Assembly (NCBI RefSeq): GCF_902459465.1
Contig: NC_047068.1
Span: forward strand, 14,198,001 to 14,262,000
DNA: 64,000 nt
Direction: 5' to 3'
Source of the DNA: Asterias rubens
Taxonomy: Eukaryota
Made by a program: the position numbers and the translations under genes. Below are positions 1-12,100 of the stretch, piece after piece (the first letter of the stretch is position 1; each line of letters begins with the position of its first letter). The notes beneath the pieces were generated by a model. The model saw only the letters and a program-made list of their open reading frames with translations, made no database searches and was not told the DNA's origin.

Positions 1-2887
1 ATAACAAATCCGTAATTCGAGAATTTATATTGTTTTACTGTTTTCTCAAAAAGTAAAGCATTTCATGGACTAATATTTTAAGAGAAGTCTTTCACCATTA
101 CCTTCTGTAAACCCTGTAAATTATTTGTAAATCTGTGAACTTTTTTTTTTTTTCCTGTACCGAAAGGGTCCAATGGCTTTAAGGGTCATGTCACCGGGGG
201 CAATCTCCAATGAGAAAAATAATTTACATTTAACAGTGAGTTCATTTCAATATTTTTCCTGGGGAAAGTGAATTGTTCCTCTAGATCACATCCCCTTAGT
301 AAGTTTGATCCCCAAAATGTGTGTCATATCTATCCGAAGGCTTGTTATAAAAATGCTACGCATCCTGTGATATTATTACACAAGAAATGCATTTTAAAGT
401 CAACAAATTAGATTCTTGGGAATCAATTTTTATTAGGGGTCAGTTCGCTAAATGTGGATCTGGATTTGACGCTTCAATGAAAATACCAAGACAATTTTCA
501 CTGTGTTCTTTCAGTCGATATTTATTTAAACATACTTGATAATTTTGTTTATCAGCATGATGCTGATAAAACACAATATATTCTAGCACACTACCTTTAA
601 TTTAAATGCTCTCCATTTCTTAAAAGAATCTTTTCTTCCACTACCTATCTAAAAGTGAGACCTCCTACACATAAAGATGACCAGCCCAGCACTACTTTTG
701 TGGCCGAATCCTTGGTGAGCAACCACAGTCGGTGTAGTCTTCCAAACCCTCCATCATCCGGTCTCAGAGTGGACGGTGATGCCTAACAATACCAGTGAGT
801 AGGTGACCAGCAACAGTAAAATTCCTGCAAATTAATTTACCTGTCGTTTCACTAGTCCATATACGTCATAGGAAAAGTAAGTAGGCTAGCCTAGGGCCTA
901 GGGCTAAGGGGCTCCACTGGATATTTGCACTTGTAAATGCAAAAAGTTTGGTATTTTAGGCATTTCTACAAGGTACAAAAATATGTCATAATGTTGAGGC
1001 CATATAAAAATATTTGCCCACCGAAAAAGTTTCATCAAACACTATTTCAATTCACAAATCATGATGATCAAACCATGTGACTGAATATTTTGCTGAGCAT
1101 TCTGGAAAAAAAAATACAGAGGCTTAAAGAAGCCATGTGCCTTATATCATTTTCTAATATTTTTGGAGATTTTTTTTTTTAACCCTCCGATCAATATTAT
1201 TATTAATATTAAAATTTAAACAATCAGCTTGTTGATTCAAATATCACTGTTTATTTATACGCTTTATTATAAATTTTAAGAGAAAAAAAAGGGGGAAAAA
1301 ATAAATAAAAATCAGATTTGAAAGCCAATGATTATTCACACTTTTTTTTAAATTATTAATTTTTGTTATTTTTTGCAAATTACCATGGTAATTTTAAAAT
1401 TTCATTAAAAAATATTTTGAATAAAACGAAGACAACTGCTGGCTATAGAGTAATACACAGAGTCTCAAAGAACACTTGTAGTCACTGTAGATGTTTCTTC
1501 CATGTATGGCTTCACCGGGAAACTATGCTTTCTTGTTTGCCGTGAAAACAGGAAAAACTCAAAACAAATGGGGCCAGTTGAAGTCATCACAGATCGGTGT
1601 GTAGTGTGAACATTTCAATGTCCATCAAGTTTTAATATATGTTTGCATACTTCATATTAACAAAAGAAGGTAATTAGGGCATCGGTTGATAAGGCATCAT
1701 TATTTTTTTCCAAATTCTAAGAAAAAGGCATAAATAGCGTGAAAACTGGTAAGGGGAGGATATAGGTGCAATGCATGCCTATACTGACGCGATGTTGTCG
1801 CATTCATGTGTTGAATGTTATTGTTTTATTAAATACATTACAACAAGTACTTGTAAAAACAAAAACAAACACTTCATTACATTACACAGAAAAGCAAATA
1901 GCAACTTACTTCGTTCCAGATGTCAAAACAATTTCGACCAAACGCATCCACAGAAGACTACAGCAGACAATGAAGAAAATGAGCAGACCGAGCAGACATT
2001 CTCATAATTCCTTCAGCCTTTTTATGGCACCAGCAACAGTAAATTCCTGCTCATTCAAACAACATTGGCCTACCTAATTATTGAAATCATGGCCCAAAAA
2101 ATTGTTGATCTTGACTCCCGAGTAGTTTAGTGTAGATGGTGAAAGGTGAAAGCTAGCTAGCAATAGCACGCAAATAATCTGGCCCGTGGTTACAATTTTA
2201 TTTTCTCTACTCAGCGGGCTGTTCTATTTACTAGTGGGGGTGTTTTGCGACCATTAAATCAACTTCCATTGGGTTCTAGCATGGAAGAAGAAAGTTCTAC
2301 CTCCGTAAATAAAAATGGAATTTGAACAAAAGTAAAATCTAATACATAAAGTACATACTTTGAGTTATTATTGCATCGTTAAGATTATTACATAATTAAT
2401 CTTATTAAAGTTGCTCTTGAAATAATAGGCAGAAAAATGTAACACCCCCACTGGAATGCATTCATATTTCAACAGGTGGCGCTTTTGTATGACTGTTGTT
2501 GTTGGGGACGAATTATTGCATGCAGCCGCTTGAATCGAACGCAGTGTTCTTCGGCAGTCCATCAAGCCATGGGTTGTGTGTTTGATTAGAAGAACTTCCC
2601 GTCGGCAATTGTTTATTGTCTGTGCATGTACACTGTCACTGTCATACTTTTCAGTGGTATTTGTTTTCTCTAAATCGATTAAAAAAGGGAATCATCTATA
2701 AAAAAAAAAATGATTTTTTTTTTTTGTAGGATGGCAATTTTAAAAGCGGACATTAACAACACGCTGGCAACAGTCAATCTCTCTCGTGTTTGACAAACAT
2801 TGGTTCAACATGATTATGAATTGCGCAAATCAAGAAATTGTGATTCAGTAACTAGACGACAACATTAATTAGTCATTGTAAAATTTA

Positions 2888-3013
2888 GCTTGGTGGGATT
2901 CAAACCCACAACCTCGTGATTGCAAGCACTGCAGTCTAGCCACTAGACCAAGGTTAGCTTGGTAGGATTCAAACCCACAACCTCGTGATTGCAAGTACTG
3001 CAGTCTAGCCACT
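2888..3013 (-). mobile_element. Two tandem tRNA-derived SINE head fragments
   Basis: Two near-identical copies of AGCTTGGT(G/A)GGATTCAAACCCACAACCTCGTGATTGCAAG(C/T)ACTGCAGTCTAGCCACT. The reverse complement has a B-box-like GGTTTGAATCCC but no complete cloverleaf. Confidence 0.6.
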
Positions 3014-4099
3014 TGTCTTCATACTGTTCTGTTTTACTCAAGTCATATGTCAGAAACAATTAATAGGGATGATTAATCTATCAAATGAACACATAAGTAT
3101 TGAAATATAATAGAGAGTACAAGAAAACATCAAAATAAAATACAAAAATGTTGCTTGTTTTGGTTGTTTTTATATAAAGCCTGTTTTATTAACACTTTAA
3201 AATTGATACATCCAGGTTTCGGGGATTTTTTTTTTACAAAGTACAACTCATGATTTTTAAGCTGGAGGACCAAAATAACATTATAATAGATCCACTTATT
3301 ATAACAGGCACAATAAAACCTAAAAATAAAATAATATTTAAAAAGAACCTTGTGGATATTGTTTCTTATTCCTTCCATCTTAAATGTCATGGTAACTGAG
3401 CCCAAACATTGAAGTGGCCCAATTTCATAGTGCAGCTTCATCAGAAAGTAGTGTTTACAACGAAAAATGAGCTGGATACCAGTCACAAATTGTACATGTG
3501 ATATGGCAGTTTGACTCGCAACCATTTTCTGGTCAGCACAATTTCGTCGTGCTAAGCAGCTCTATGAAATTCGGCGAAGGTGCGTGGACAAAGCCATTTG
3601 CAGTGTGCCAGAGGAGGCCCTTTGGTATCACAACTCCCTCTCGCCAATAAGAAACACCCGTTTGTAAAATTGTAAAGTAAGTTATAACTGGTCTTCTTTC
3701 GTTGTGCTCCTACATAAAACACTTAAAATTACAGATAAAGTTAATGATATAAAAAAACTATCAAACTTTCCAATCAAACTTTCTACTAGACCTTTCACTC
3801 ATTAACTTTAAGGTAAGGTCATACTTTGGTAATGATTTTGAAAATAATGTGTGCAATATCTCTCCGAATGGCACCTTGTTTATATTTTTTGTCTGAAATG
3901 CCCCTGCTGATTAGAAATTAATAAAAAGTATTGGCTGCCGCTCAAGACCACATGAAGCCAGGGAAAGGCTGGTTTGGTTGTGTGGTGATGAAACTAAAAG
4001 AAACCAGATGGATCCGAGAAGGTTGTTTGGTAATGGCAGCTAGAGTCGATACTAAAGAAGACACTCGCTGTGTTCATGGCGAGGAGCATCCTAATTGTT

Positions 4100-7000
4100 T
4101 TACAGCAACAATCTTTCAATGTTCTTTCGGATTGACTCGATCTGGGAGTTCAACTGCGAGCCCTCGTTTGTTGTTACCGAACAGGAGATAACCGGTCGTG
4201 AAACTCCACAGGCACGGCCAAGAGCTGAAAATAAGAAATAAATGTAGCAAATTTAGAAGACAGTACAGCAAATTTATTTCCTGTCATCTACTTTTTGTAA
4301 TGCAAAAAAAAAGTTAATGGCCTGACGTTTTGTTTCAGATGTCAGGACATTAACTATTTTTTGCATTTATACCCTCAGTCCTCTTGGCTGGTAAGTTGTT
4401 TGCAGCAGCTAAATCTATTTTCTATTTTCTTAAATGAACCCATAAACTGAACAACCTTGTGTCATGGCTAACACATGTGCCTCTTCTATCACTGCACCAG
4501 AGAAAACAAATCTTACTGAGAAGATCAAACAATCTACCTCAGTGGTCTTTGCCTGCGGGTTCAAACTGCGGCAACCCTAAGCTGCGTAGCATAGGCAATG
4601 TGGCAAAGTGGAGAGGTAGAAGTGTGAAAAAGCTGAGCAAAGTGGCGACTGATAGAGAATAAGTGATGGCTAGGACTACAGAAATCCCCCACCCCTACAA
4701 TTAAAGGACACGTTGCCTTGGATCGGTCGTGTTGGTCTTCGAAAGCATTTTTAACCATTTGCCATAAAATGCATATGGGTAGAAAGATGTTGGAAAAGTA
4801 GAATACAATGAGCCACACAAATATGCCTCGAAGTTGTGTGGTTTTCTTTTTACCTCGTCAACTAACAAGGTCGGCCATTTTGACTCCCATTAATGGCCGT
4901 CCGTGTTAGCTTGAAAAGGAAAACCGTACAATTTTGAGTGATACTTGTGTGGATCATTATATTCTACTCTTAAAACATCTTTCTAACCATGCATTTCATA
5001 ACAAACGGTTTCAAACGCTTTTTATAGACCAACTCGTCCAATCTAAGGCAACGTGTTCCTGTAAGAATGAGGTAGCCACGGATGCAAGTATATGCCGAAT
5101 TAGGACGAGTGACACAAATACACTCGCAATTATAACACTGACCTTGCTTGGATCTTACAAAGACATAAGGTACGTTCTTATCTTCACAGAGTAGTGGGAG
5201 ATGAAGAAGAATCTCAAGAGGTTCTGCATCTGCAGCCATGACGATAAACTCAGCAATACCACGATTCAGTGTCTTGGTGGCTGAAGATATAGAAATTGTA
5301 TTGTATGAGGGTATGAATATGATATTTTGAACGGAGGGAAAGACTACCTAGTGTGGTTAGCAGAGAGCTGTTGGTGAAACAACTCATGCTCATGACTACA
5401 AACCAGCATATAGCACTCTCTTCACGATAATGTCAAAGACTGTACCACGCTAGATTAATTTAAATCTAAACTTAAAACCTGCCTTTTTAATTGCAGAAGC
5501 CTATTATAACGACTCTATAGTATTATGCACTGAACTGCTTATCATTATTATTATCAGAATGTATTGATGGCTGATTCCAACTTGGAATTTTTTTTGTATG
5601 TGATTCAAGCATTAGAATCATCATCATGAATGTCTGTGTGTCAGTTACATTTAGTTGTAAGTTTATCCTGTGTGCCAAAATTGTGTCACAGAAATATATA
5701 TTTGATTAAAAAGTTAGAACAAACCATTGATACATTTACACTTTATTATGAATGCAATCAAAACCTCTGCAATACAGAATTCATCATACTCAATTAAAAG
5801 AAAAAGTAACCTACATGTAAAAAATGAAGAAAGAGTGAGTTTGTTCTCTGCTTTGATTGTCGTGTTGGCCTGCATTTAAAAAACCGCCACCAAATTTACC
5901 TTCATTTGCTCCTTTTCTCAGCTGACTGTAATTGGAGGCTTGTTGCAACAGATCCAAGATTGTCTTACTCAGATTCGGGTCGGCAAGTGGGTATGCCTTG
6001 GGGTTAACATCATCAGTAGTAGCCTGAAGTATAAAACAAGCAGAATTATCATCAATTAATACAAAATTTCTTCTCTGGAAAATAATACTAAAATATACTC
6101 ATAGGCGACAAGAAAAATACTTTGAAGTTCATACAAACAACTTATGTTTCGTTAGTTTGCCCCTCGCATGCATGCAGCCCAGACTTTGTGTAAACTGTGG
6201 CTTTCATTCACATGGACTGACTTACCTGGGCCAAATTTCATGGCTCTGGCTCTTACCGTAAGCAAAAAATCAGTGCTTACCAAAGCAGGGAATTCTATGC
6301 TAACAATTGTTCAAGCCTATTTCACAGGTTAGCATAACTTTGCGATAACGTAACCCTCCTCCCGACGGCCGCATGTTTTGGTCACCAAGCTCTACACTGC
6401 AGGTACCAGCCGAGTCGGTAACGCACCAAGCAATTTATTTACCAATGAACTTTGCCCCACATCGCGCACGCCCTCAATGGGCGAAAGTCGACATGTTTGA
6501 ATAGGCTTTGAGGCTGTACATTGTACCTTTTTGTACCTACGTGCGACACACTGTGTGGCAATTCTTTCTCAGTTTGTGAACGTGCGTATTGTGCATGCAG
6601 TGGGTATTTCCATGCTCTAGCGGCGGCCTCGACGGTGTGGGTGGTGGGTGTGCACTACGAACCATGTGGCCATCTGTACATCGTTTTTTAATTAACGTTT
6701 GTTTACGATCGCATTTCTGATGCTGTAGTTTTGAAGTCAGTTTGGGCTTGTCAGGTACTCATTTGATCTTATTAAATGCAGTCTAAAAATGGTCTCTTTG
6801 TCCTTTTTAGGGCAGGGCGGGCAATAATTTTAGCAGAGCGGCCTAAATTTTAGGAGGGCGGCCCACCCTCCCAATTTAACTTGTGTGGAGAACACTGGTG
6901 TTGGACCCGATTGCCATTTGAGTTTGAGTCGTAACCCTCCGGCTTTGCTGTCAGCAGGAGGGTTACGTTATAAAATCGTAACTGTGTTGTGAAGAGCACA

Positions 7001-8291
7001 TTAAATTAACTTGAAAATGTGCGCTGTTTTTGTGCGGTGTGTGTAATTTAATTAACACTTTTGGAGCCGGCAATTGGTTGATGAACCCCTACCTCAGGAT
7101 GGTCCATGATCACAATGTTTCAACGAGGATAACTTTTCAAATCCTGATTCCTGCCTCCACTTTTTCACTCATCTGATCTGCTCATTTTAATTTTACAAAA
7201 AGGAATGTCAATAATATTTTTTTTTTACTAATAATAACATGGCATGGTCAAGTTTACAAAATACATACAAGTTAAATTTATTAGATATTATTTTATTTCA
7301 CAACGAATAAAAAACAGGTGGCAGGATACGGAAATGTTATCAAGTTTGTACACATGACATGATAACGCCACGGCCGGCCACATGCAATGCATGCTGCCAT
7401 GATGTGCACTGCACGTTTTTCTTGGACTGGTAAGGCACGCAATTTTTTATATGCCGCATGGCAAGTCAAAACAAGCCCATTACCATACAAGATGACTGTA
7501 TGTTTTGTCTTGAAATGTCTAGTATTAACTACACTTACCATGTTTGTGTAACAATGTCTCTAATTATTGAAATTAAAGGAAAATCTGGACCTCTCCGCGG
7601 AGCGCTTCACTGAGGACAAGACACGTGCAATTTTTTACTAAACGCAGTAACGCTATGTGAAGTCTGGTTACTGTCTTCACATAACAGCTCTTCGCTGCTG
7701 AACTGTACACAAGATAAAGGAACCAGTCTGTTCGTTGGTTTTAACCGGCATGCAAAGCGAAAAAGTAAACTTTGCAAAATACGACGGCTGTTTGCATTAA
7801 ACTGCAGTATTTGACAAAAAATAAGGTTTTGCTTTTATAGGCTTAGAATTGAATTTCATACTGACCTGAACAAAAAATCAGTATTCATAAATTATTCTCT
7901 GTATGAAATTAACATCTGCATCCGGAAACATAGCACTGTTTTTTTTTCAAAGGAAAGTTCCAAACAATAACTCATGCAATTGTTAAAAACGCGCCAAACA
8001 TTAAAATGCCACTTTTGCAGTAGTCGACGTGAAAGTTGTGTGTGTCGTCTGCTGCATGCTAGCTGCCAAAGATCGAAAACAAATTAAGTTGTAAGGAAGT
8101 TTCTTCTAGCTGAACTGAATACACGATTGTGAAAAAATAAGACAACTATTCTATTGTATTAGAACGCAGTAAACGATAGATTTCGGTCGGGTAGGTAAAA
8201 CAATTTTCCACGGCCAAATTAACCGAGAATTACTGAACAAAATATAGGCCTATTTAAACCGAATTTGATGAACTATTTTAGTATTTACCAT
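4100..8291 (-). CDS. SNU13: SNU13 / NHP2L1 (15.5K, U4 and box C/D snoRNP kink-turn binding protein), 4 coding exons
   Basis: Exons 5900-6023 ([41 protein letters not shown]), 5143-5280 ([46 protein letters not shown]) and 4100-4224 ([41 protein letters not shown]). All junctions are GT-AG and in phase, and the translation closely matches 15.5K. The start codon sits in an ATG-only exon, either 8289-8291 (AAACATG|GTAAAT) or 7539-7541 (AAACATG|GTAAGT); which is used is uncertain. Confidence 0.96.
4705..5060. mobile_element. TTAA-flanked (Kolobok-like) MITE in SNU13 intron 3
   Basis: TTAA|AGGACACGTTGCCTTGGAT ... ATCTAAGGCAACGTGTTCCT|GTAA, with an internal inverted repeat. A second copy lies at about 57305-57652. 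Confidence 0.7.
6345..6971. mobile_element. Non-autonomous DNA transposon with 16-bp perfect TIRs in SNU13 intron 1
   Basis: ATAACGTAACCCTCCT (6345-6360) and AGGAGGGTTACGTTAT (6956-6971), with a GC-richer interior. Confidence 0.6.
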
Positions 8292-8957
8292 GTTTACAGA
8301 CAGTCACGACTCACAGACAGTCAGTGATTAGTGGTTAGCTTTGTTACTTGACACACAATGTACGGTGTTTTTATTGAAAGCTGGATGATACAAACTCGTT
8401 CTGAGTGTCACAGTGTCAGCAGTCTGGCAGTGTGTCAGTGTCAGGGACCGGAGTGGGGGACACTGTTAAAATTAAATTGTGTCACTGTCAATGTCTTTTG
8501 TCAATGTCAATCAGTGTCACTGTAAAATCAATACAACAATTGTCATATGGCTTAGTACTAGTAGTAGTATTTAGTAAGTTAGTTTAGTTAGTTGTGTTAA
8601 TGAAGTGAAATAAACATAAATTTACTTTTTGAAATAGTAGGCCTACAATCATCACATGAAATTAGTTGTATTAGTCAGCTAGGTATGATTCTATGATATG
8701 AGTGGAAAATCAGTGATTCAGAAGCAGTTTGATGAGTTAACTGGTGAAAAGTCAGAAAGTGGCACGCACTGCAATGACTGAGCGTGTACTGTGGATGGTA
8801 GCCCACCTGTTTCTGCTGTTTTCTTCAAAGTTTGAGTTTTAACACTAAAATTATTATTGGTCTCATCATAATCAAGATTTGTCATTTTGTCAAGACCGTT
8901 CAACATGTTCAAAGACAAAGAAACGAATAACGAATAAAGCCCAGACACGAATAAAGT
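8292..8957. promoter_or_regulatory. Putative shared divergent promoter of SNU13 and DMC1, including a probable non-coding DMC1 exon 1 ending at 8957
   Basis: The SNU13 ATG-exon is at 8289-8291 (minus). A plus-strand donor AAAGT|GTAAGT at 8957/8958 lies upstream of the DMC1 coding exon. There is a dense TGTCA cluster at 8405-8545. TSS positions are inferred, not observed. Confidence 0.6.
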
Positions 8958-9129
8958 GTAAGTGGGCTATTCATGTATTAAAGTGGCACTGGTACTGGCG
9001 GTAGGCTATCCGCTATGTAGTTTGGTGTAGGCCTTATACAAAAATCTTCTTTTTATTTTGTGAAAACTTTAGGCTCTAAAGGAGAAAACTACAGGCAATT
9101 AAAGTTGTTTTAGTTGGACATCATCAGTG

Positions 9130-12100
9130 ATGGATAGTAACATCATGCAGGATCAAGTTGTACAAGAGAATATCGACGATGACATGGATGAAGAGGTAAG
9201 AACAAAGGGGCAAGGGATATGGATCATAGATAAATTTCATACAGCACCAAAACTTTGGTAAAAAGTTAAGTGCAACAATCACTCTTATTTGATGCAGTGA
9301 TGTGATGATAAAGGTCTATCATGGTAAAGGTCTGTACTATAACTGCAGAGCATTTTCCAACTACACAGGGGTGTTACATTTATGGCAATCTAACTTTAAA
9401 TCATCTGTAAATATAACATTTTGTTTATTTTTTAATGCTTTTAATTTTGTGTTTCCTTCCTAAGGAGTCCTTTTTCCAGGACATTGACCTTCTGCAAAAC
9501 CACGGAATTGTGAGTGAAACCTTTAGTTAATATAATAACAAAATATTTCCCATTCTAATAAAAACATAATTTAGTTAGCAAAGCACCTCTTTGTTAAAGA
9601 CATGTCGGGCCTTGCACCTTTTAAAAGCTTTTTGTATAGTAGCCCACTGGGCTAGTAAACTGGTTTCTCTACTCCTCCCAGGAAAGGATAGTAGCCCAGA
9701 TTTGTTCATGAAAACGTCGTGTAGGCCCTATCTTTCTTAATGGTAACAATCACAACTGGAAAAACGACCAAATTAAGTGGCATTTACACACTGAAAATAA
9801 ATTAACACATTTAAAAAAAGAGTTATTCACATCTGAAAATGAACAAATTTAAGCATTTTAAACAAGAAGGTTAAACAGTTGTTAGTAGTCCACAAGGCAA
9901 ATTGTGACGTAATGTTAAGAGTGAATCCCATGGGTGTAAAAAACAGAACATTTTATTTTGCAGATAACTCACGTTCAAAATAAAATGTCACCAATGTATT
10001 GATTGAAGAAACACATACCCCATTCATACCCCACCAAACAGAAAACTTACCTTGTTTAATTTTACAGAAACCCTTTTTTGTTCCAAAACAGTACATTGTG
10101 TAAAACAGTTGAGTTTAATACACATTTTTATTTTTATAGCTACTATGCAAACTCTTTTTCAATAAGCATTGGGTACAACATGCACAGAAACAACAAAACA
10201 AGCAAAGAGGTTACTAAATATTAATTTGTATTGTTTGTTGAATTTAGAATGTTGCTGACATCAAGAAACTCAAGTCTGCTGGGATCTGCACAATCAAAGT
10301 TAGTTCATTCTTTTCAAAGAAAATTAAAACATGTTATTAATGTTTATGGTTGTTTCCGCAACAAGCAATTTATGTTTTTAGTGTGTTTATTGAAATTTTA
10401 ATCTGGATTGACGTTGCTATACAAGACAGGTTTTCAAAAGAAAATTGCGCTGCATCACCTGGGAATGGGGAATACAGCAGATACAGGTTGGATGGCTTCG
10501 GACTAGCTTCACAAAATAGGGAGACCGCCAACATTAGGGCTAGATAGCTCTACTGGTGGAGCACCAGCATGTTGACCTAGAGGTTGCAGGTTCAAATTCT
10601 GCTCTAGTAAATGTTTCTTTCTTACAACCCAAAATCACTTAAATGAAAATGAGCAGTTATGTTAAAAAGATGATATAATTTTCTTTAATTCTTCATCTGT
10701 TGATACAGGGAATCCAGATGACAACTCGCAAGCGAATGTGTGACATTAAAGGAATATCTGAGGCCAAAATGGAGAAAATCAAAGAAGCTGCTTCAAAACT
10801 AGAAGTAAGGAGTTATTAATAAGTGCTTTAAAGGGAAGGTACACGTTTGGTAATTGTTAAAGATCAGTGTCCTCACTTGGTGTATCCCATCATAAGCATC
10901 AAATAACAAGCCTGTGAAAATATGAGCTCAATTGGTCATCGGAGTTGCGAGAAAATGATGAAAGAAAAAACACCCTTGTTGGATGAATTTGTGTGCTTTC
11001 AGATAGGAATAAAAGACTTCTAGCTAGAAGTCTTTTATTATTTTAGTGAGAAATTACCTCTTTCTCAAAAACTACTTTACTTCAGAGGGAGTCCTTTCTC
11101 ACAATGTTTTATACTACCAACAGCTCCCCAATGCTCGTTACCAAGTCAGTTTTTAATTTAATATTTGTTTTGAGTAATTACCAAACATGTACCTTCCCTT
11201 TAAACCCCTTCTCATCATCGATATTATAACACACTGCAGTGTTCTGTATACTCTATAATTGGTTTATTATTTTGATAAGAAAAATTTACAACACAACGCA
11301 AGAGGTCCAATATTGTTCATCAAGTTTACTTCCATTTACTTCCTTGACATACATCAAGCTTACTACATTCTTACTACATCCTTCATTTTCCACTAAAAAG
11401 AATCAAACTCATAATCCTGTTTAATAATCCATTACTATTTTTGCCACGCAAGATTTCCATTTGTGATTAAACAAGTTAAATTAAATTCACATAGGTTATT
11501 TTCCTGTTATTATTGAATCAGAAACCTAGAAACCAAAGTCCTAAATCCAGAGTTCTAACGTGATTTATTAACAGGTTCATGGATTCATGACAGCTCTGGA
11601 GTACAGCTCTAAGCGCAAAAACTGTTTCCGTATTACAACAGGAAGCTCAGAACTAGAGTAAGAATCTTTGTTTGCATTCATCATTTTCTTTTATATATTT
11701 CACATTACTTTCATAGTTCCTTGGTAGAAAACCTCTGTTTGCAGAAGTTTGAGTGGTATTTTCCCCCAAAAAAGGATTCAACAAAGAATATATCCATTTA
11801 AGCCTTTTTGAGATACGGCGGACACAATGTTATGACACTATTAGGTTTGGGTTAATCTGTCTGTATACAGGTACAACCAAACCGGACTGTGCACTCCTAT
11901 AATTGTGTCCACCATACCTCAAAAAGGCTAATGCCTTTGGCCCGATGAAAAAAACGAAACGCTACACACTAGGACTTAGTACCCCCTTCAACAAATTACC
12001 CTTTGTAAAGTTAAAAACCTGGCCCTTTCAAAGGTAGAATTCAATGTCTGAAGTTTTTGGGGGTTTAAGTTCTGTTTTCTACAGGATGACCAGGATGGTC

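Noticed and set aside
640-824. Minus-strand frame ILLLLVTYSLVLLGITVHSETG-TGA-WRVWK as a possible selenoprotein
   Set aside because: No resemblance to a known Sec motif, no recognisable SECIS, and no upstream coding exon in phase.
4970-5239. The ORF track suggests a truncated or processed SNU13 pseudogene
   Set aside because: It is exon 3 read through into the intron; the flanking exons with canonical splice sites complete an intact gene.
5554-5627. Box C/D-like ATGATGA...CTGA (74 nt) in SNU13 intron 2 as a snoRNA or autoregulatory kink-turn
   Set aside because: The C box is part of an ATG triplet run, the terminal stem is weak, and I recognise no rRNA or snRNA complementarity. A snoscan run or conservation check could reopen it.
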